From an uncultured Gemmatimonadales bacterium (GTDB lineage: Bacteria > Gemmatimonadota > Gemmatimonadetes > Longimicrobiales > Gaopeijiaceae), in assembly GCA_963823035.1 (NCBI GenBank), contig CAWGKG010000018.1, positions 384,001-448,000 of the forward strand: DNA of 64,000 nt, in the 5' to 3' direction. A model generated the notes under the pieces. It made no database searches, was not told the origin of the DNA, and saw only the letters and a program-made list of their open reading frames with translations. Shown here in pieces: positions 60,181 to 64,000 of the stretch (position 1 is the first letter of the stretch; every line of letters begins with the position of its first letter). The translations under genes and the position numbers were made by a program.

Positions 60181-62370
60181 ATGCCGGCGAAGTTCCCGAA
60201 CAACGTGCGGGCCGAGGTCCGGGCCCTGATGACGAAGCTGTGGCGGCCACGCCTCTTCCTCCTCTCCGGGACGTTCTTCGGGGCCCTGGCCGTGGGAGGG
60301 GCCCTGGGGAGCTGGCGGAACCTGTGCGCCGGTGACGCCTGCCCGTCCATCGCCCAGATCGAGACGTGGGAGCCGGAGCAGACCAGCAAGCTGCTCAGCT
60401 CGGACGGAAGGCTCATCGCCGAGATCGGCTACGAGCGGCGTACCCTCGTGTCCATCCGCGCCCTCCCGCCCTACGTCCCCCACGCCGTGGTGGCGATCGA
60501 GGACAGCCGATTCTACCAGCACCACGGCTTCGACCCGCGCGGCATCGCGCGGGCGGCCTTCGGCGTGCTCACGGGAAGGAACCTCGGCGGCGGCAGCACG
60601 ATCACGCAGCAGCTCGCCCGAAACATGTTCGACGACCAGATCGGCTTCGAGCGGCGCCTGACGCGGAAGCTGAAGGAGCTCCAGGTCGCGCTCGAGCTCG
60701 AGCGGGCCTACTCGAAGGACCAGATCCTGGAGGCGTACCTCAACGAGATCTACATGGGCCGCGGCTTCGGCTTCCAGAACGCGGCCCGGAACTACTTCGG
60801 CGAGAACGTCAAGGACGTCGACGTCGCGCAGGCGGCGCTGCTCGCCGCGATCCTGAATCGCCCGGGCTCCTACGATCCCTTCCGCCACCCCGAGCGCGCG
60901 AAGCGGCGTCGCGACCTGGTGCTGACCCGAATGGCGAAGGAGGGATACCTGACCCGGCAGGAGGCCGACCACTGGAAGGAGCAGGCCCTCCCCGAGCACG
61001 AGCCCGAGAGCACCACGGCGTCGATCGCGCCCTACTTCGAGGAGTGGGTGCGGCAGATCCTCGACTCGCGCTTCGGCGACGAGATCTACCGGAGCGGGCT
61101 GAAGGTCTACACGACGCTCGACATCGACATGCAGAAGGCGGCGATCGCGGCCATGAAGGACGGATGGGCGGCGATCGAGGCGGACCCGAACTTCGAGCAC
61201 CCCAAGTACGCGGAGTTCGACACGGTCGCGAGCTTCCCGGGACAGACGCCTTACCTCCAGGGCGCGTTCATCGCGCTCGACCCCGAGACCGGGTACGTGC
61301 GTGCCCTCATCGGGGGGCGCAACTTCGATCAGTCGAAGTTCGACCGCGCCCGCCTCGCCAAGCGGCAGGCCGGCTCCTCCTTCAAGCCGTTCGTGTACAC
61401 GGCCGCGATCGCGAGCGGGATTCCCGCGTCGCACATCGTCGTCGACGCGCCGGTGGTCTACCAGCAGGTCAGCGGTGAGGACTGGCGGCCCGCGAACTTC
61501 AACAACGAGTTCCGGGGACCGATGACGATCCGCGAGGGGCTGTACACCTCGACCAACATGATCGCCATCAAGCTGGGATGGGAGGAAGTCGGGATCGAGA
61601 CGGTCGCCCAGACAGCGCGCCGCATGGGAATCCAGACGGAGATCGAGCGCTTCCCCTCGACGACGATCGGCGCCGCGGAGGTCATCCCGATCCAGATCGC
61701 GGAAGCCTACTCGGCCTTCCCGAACCTCGGCACCAAGGTGAAGCCGTTCCCGATCCTCCGGGTCGAGGATGCGAACGGGAACGTCCTCTTCGAGCACCGG
61801 CCCGAGCGCATCCAGGTCCTGGACAGCCTGGTGAGCCGCATCATGGTGTCGATGCTGGAAGACGTCGTCACCCGCGGCACGGGCAACCTGGCGGTTCGCA
61901 CGATCGCCGGGCTGCCCCGCGAGGTGCCCGCGGCCGGCAAGACCGGGACGACGAACGACGGAACCAACGTCTGGTTCACCGGCTTCACGCCCAACCTCCT
62001 TGCCACCGTGTGGTTCGGGATGGATCGGCCGCTGCCGATCTTCAAGCTCGGCGGGACACGTCAGGCGACGGGCGGCGGGCTGGCGGGGCCGGTGTGGGGC
62101 AACTTCATGAAGTCGGTCTACTACGGGCTCCCCGGCAGCCTCGATGCGGACTCCACTGCCGGGGCGAAGCCCGGGGGTGTGCTCCCGATCCCCCGGGAAT
62201 GGCCGATCCCCGCGGGGCTCAAAGCCGTCCTCGTGGACCGCAAGACGGGCAAGCTCGCGTCGCGCTGGTGCTCGGAGGAGGACCAGTACCTCGAGTACTA
62301 CCTCCCCGGGACCGAGCCCACGGAGTTCTGCGATCAGTCCGGAGGACGGCAGTTCCGGATCCCCAGGTGA
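60181..62370 (+). CDS. Class A penicillin-binding protein (PBP1A family)
   Basis: Transglycosylase motifs EDSRF, GGSTITQQLARN, RKLKE. Transpeptidase motifs SSFK, STN, KTG. Confidence 0.95.
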   Translation: MPAKFPNNVRAEVRALMTKLWRPRLFLLSGTFFGALAVGGALGSWRNLCAGDACPSIAQIETWEPEQTSKLLSSDGRLIAEIGYERRTLVSIRALPPYVPHAVVAIEDSRFYQHHGFDPRGIARAAFGVLTGRNLGGGSTITQQLARNMFDDQIGFERRLTRKLKELQVALELERAYSKDQILEAYLNEIYMGRGFGFQNAARNYFGENVKDVDVAQAALLAAILNRPGSYDPFRHPERAKRRRDLVLTRMAKEGYLTRQEADHWKEQALPEHEPESTTASIAPYFEEWVRQILDSRFGDEIYRSGLKVYTTLDIDMQKAAIAAMKDGWAAIEADPNFEHPKYAEFDTVASFPGQTPYLQGAFIALDPETGYVRALIGGRNFDQSKFDRARLAKRQAGSSFKPFVYTAAIASGIPASHIVVDAPVVYQQVSGEDWRPANFNNEFRGPMTIREGLYTSTNMIAIKLGWEEVGIETVAQTARRMGIQTEIERFPSTTIGAAEVIPIQIAEAYSAFPNLGTKVKPFPILRVEDANGNVLFEHRPERIQVLDSLVSRIMVSMLEDVVTRGTGNLAVRTIAGLPREVPAAGKTGTTNDGTNVWFTGFTPNLLATVWFGMDRPLPIFKLGGTRQATGGGLAGPVWGNFMKSVYYGLPGSLDADSTAGAKPGGVLPIPREWPIPAGLKAVLVDRKTGKLASRWCSEEDQYLEYYLPGTEPTEFCDQSGGRQFRIPR

Positions 62371-62599
62371 GTGCGGCCGGGTATCCGACCTTCATCTTCG
62401 ATTCGACCAACGCGGCGCTCTGGGCCGAGGAGGTCGCGAAGGAGCACGGGATCCCCGTCGAGGTGGTCTCGGCGCCGGCGGACTCCGACGCCAAGTGCGA
62501 CCTGGCGCTCGTCACGCTCGCCGCCCGGCTGGACGACCTCGAACGGGCGCTGCGTGCGGCCGGGGTCACCTTCCGACGCTGGACGTCGACGGTCACTAG
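62367..62599 (+). CDS. Small DUF3343-like protein; 3' end uncertain (probable frameshift)
   Basis: FIFDSTNAALWAE...VVSAP...CDLAL pattern and GTGA overlap with the PBP stop. The nearest stop (TAG 62597-62599) is out of frame. Confidence 0.6.
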
Positions 62600-62611
62600 C
62601 CCAGCCTCCCT

Positions 62612-63925
62612 TCAGAGGTCGGCGGCGCCGATGCGATGGGAGATCAAGGGCCTCGGCGACGGCCGCGCACCCAGGCGGATGGCGCCCCGGAGAATGCGGG
62701 TGCCGGCCTCGACGCCCCGTGGGTCGCGCGCGTGCACGGTGCCGAGGCGATCGCCGGGTACCACGCGATCGCCCGGACGAGCGTCGATCTCGAAGCCCAC
62801 GGCGGGGTCGATCTCGTCCTCCATGCGGGTGCGCCCCCCGCCGAGGGTGACCACGCCCAGGCCGAGCGCGCGCGGCTCCACCTGGGCGACGAAGCCCTCC
62901 GCCTCGGCCCGGACCTCGCGGCGCTCGGGGGCCGACGCGATCATCGAGGCGTCGTCCACGACGCGCGGATCGCCACCCTGCGCCTCGACCAGGCGCACGA
63001 ACCGCTCCAGCGCCGCGCCCGACCCGAGACGCTCGCGGGCACGCCCGAGCGCCTCCTCCTCTCCGACGCTCCCGTCGGCCATGCGCAGCATCTCCGCGGC
63101 CTCCGCCACCACGAGGTCGCGCAGATCCGGCGGGCCCTCGCCGCGCAGGCATGCGATCGCTTCCCGTGTCTCGAGCCCGTTGCCCACCGCCCTTCCCAGC
63201 GGCCGGTCCATCGCGGTCAGCAGCGCCACGGTGGCCAACCCCCGCTTCACCCCGATCGACACCATGGCGCGCGCCAGCTCGAGGGCGCGCTCCTCCTCCG
63301 GGAGGAACGCGCCCGACCCGACCTTCACGTCCAGGACGAGCGCGTCGAGTCCCTCGGCGAGCTTCTTGCTCATGATGCTCGCAGCGATGAGCGGGATCAC
63401 CGGGACCGTGCCCGTGACGTCGCGCAGGGCGTAGAGGCGGCGATCCAGGGGAGCGATCTCCTCGGTCTGTCCGATCATGGCGCACCCGACCTCGGCCAGG
63501 ACGCGGCGGAACTCGCCGAGCTCCATCCCCGTGCGAAAGCCCGGGATCGCCTCGAGCTTGTCGAGCGTTCCGGTGGTGTGCCCGAGCCCCCGGCCGGAGA
63601 TCATCGGCACGTACAGGCCGAGGGCGGCCGCGAGGGGCGCGAGGACGAGGGAGACCTTGTCGCCGACCCCGCCCGTGGAGTGCTTGTCCACCCGCGGTCC
63701 GTCGAGCCCACTCAGGTCGAGGGTGGCGCCCGACTCCAGCATGCAGCGCACCAGCACGTCGGTCTCGCCGGCATCCAGGCCGCGGAAGCAGGTCGCCATC
63801 AAGAAGGCGGCCATCTGGTAGTCGGGGACCCGGTCTTCGAGGTATCCCACGAGGAAGTCCTCCAGCTCCCGGGGCGTCAGCCGGCGGCCGTCCCGCTTCG
63901 CCTCGATGAGCCGTGACGGGATCAT
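62612..63925 (-). CDS. pdp: Pyrimidine-nucleoside / thymidine phosphorylase
   Basis: KRDG, DYQMAA, DKHSTGGVGDK, SGRGLGHTTGTLDKLE, SIMSKK, LDVKVGSGAF. Confidence 0.93.
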   Translation of the reverse strand: MIPSRLIEAKRDGRRLTPRELEDFLVGYLEDRVPDYQMAAFLMATCFRGLDAGETDVLVRCMLESGATLDLSGLDGPRVDKHSTGGVGDKVSLVLAPLAAALGLYVPMISGRGLGHTTGTLDKLEAIPGFRTGMELGEFRRVLAEVGCAMIGQTEEIAPLDRRLYALRDVTGTVPVIPLIAASIMSKKLAEGLDALVLDVKVGSGAFLPEEERALELARAMVSIGVKRGLATVALLTAMDRPLGRAVGNGLETREAIACLRGEGPPDLRDLVVAEAAEMLRMADGSVGEEEALGRARERLGSGAALERFVRLVEAQGGDPRVVDDASMIASAPERREVRAEAEGFVAQVEPRALGLGVVTLGGGRTRMEDEIDPAVGFEIDARPGDRVVPGDRLGTVHARDPRGVEAGTRILRGAIRLGARPSPRPLISHRIGAADL

Positions 63926-64000
63926 TGACCCTTCCCTTCCCCCTCGTGACATTCGTGCCTGCTCATGAAAGGAACCCTGAAACCGCGAGCCCATGCGTTC

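Overview
Very GC-rich bacterial chromosomal window. The gene set and order (mfd, two PPIases, pdxA, ftsEX, envC, holB, moaC, and many lipoproteins) suggest Gemmatimonadota, but that is an inference. Most of the window is housekeeping: envelope and cell division, guaB, acs, etfAB, moeA, aroB, folK, PBP1A and pdp. At least a dozen genes, including ftsE and etfA, carry single-base frameshifts, which look like long-read indel errors rather than pseudogenes. Two accessory loci stand out. (1) At 38.4-41.5 kb, an AraC-type regulator is divergent from a 79-aa lipoprotein-like prepeptide ending in six copies of VQPGTGN. The copies differ only at synonymous positions. An inverted repeat lies in the shared promoter region, and a convergent gene encodes a GAF-like/TPR-like protein. 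This is a candidate peptide-signalling or multi-core peptide system. (2) At 16.9-28.3 kb, an operon encodes a plant alpha-dioxygenase-like heme peroxidase, an atypical cytochrome P450, a small protein and two RoxA/MauG-like di-heme cytochromes c, divergent from two lipase-like genes. This is a candidate fatty-acid oxygenation (oxylipin) pathway. A metal/peroxide module (P1B-4 ATPase plus a Fur/PerR gene with operator-like palindromes) and a NYN-LOTUS-LOTUS-HhH protein are also notable. I found no rRNA, tRNA, CRISPR array or transposase. All product calls come from motif recognition by eye, without database searches.
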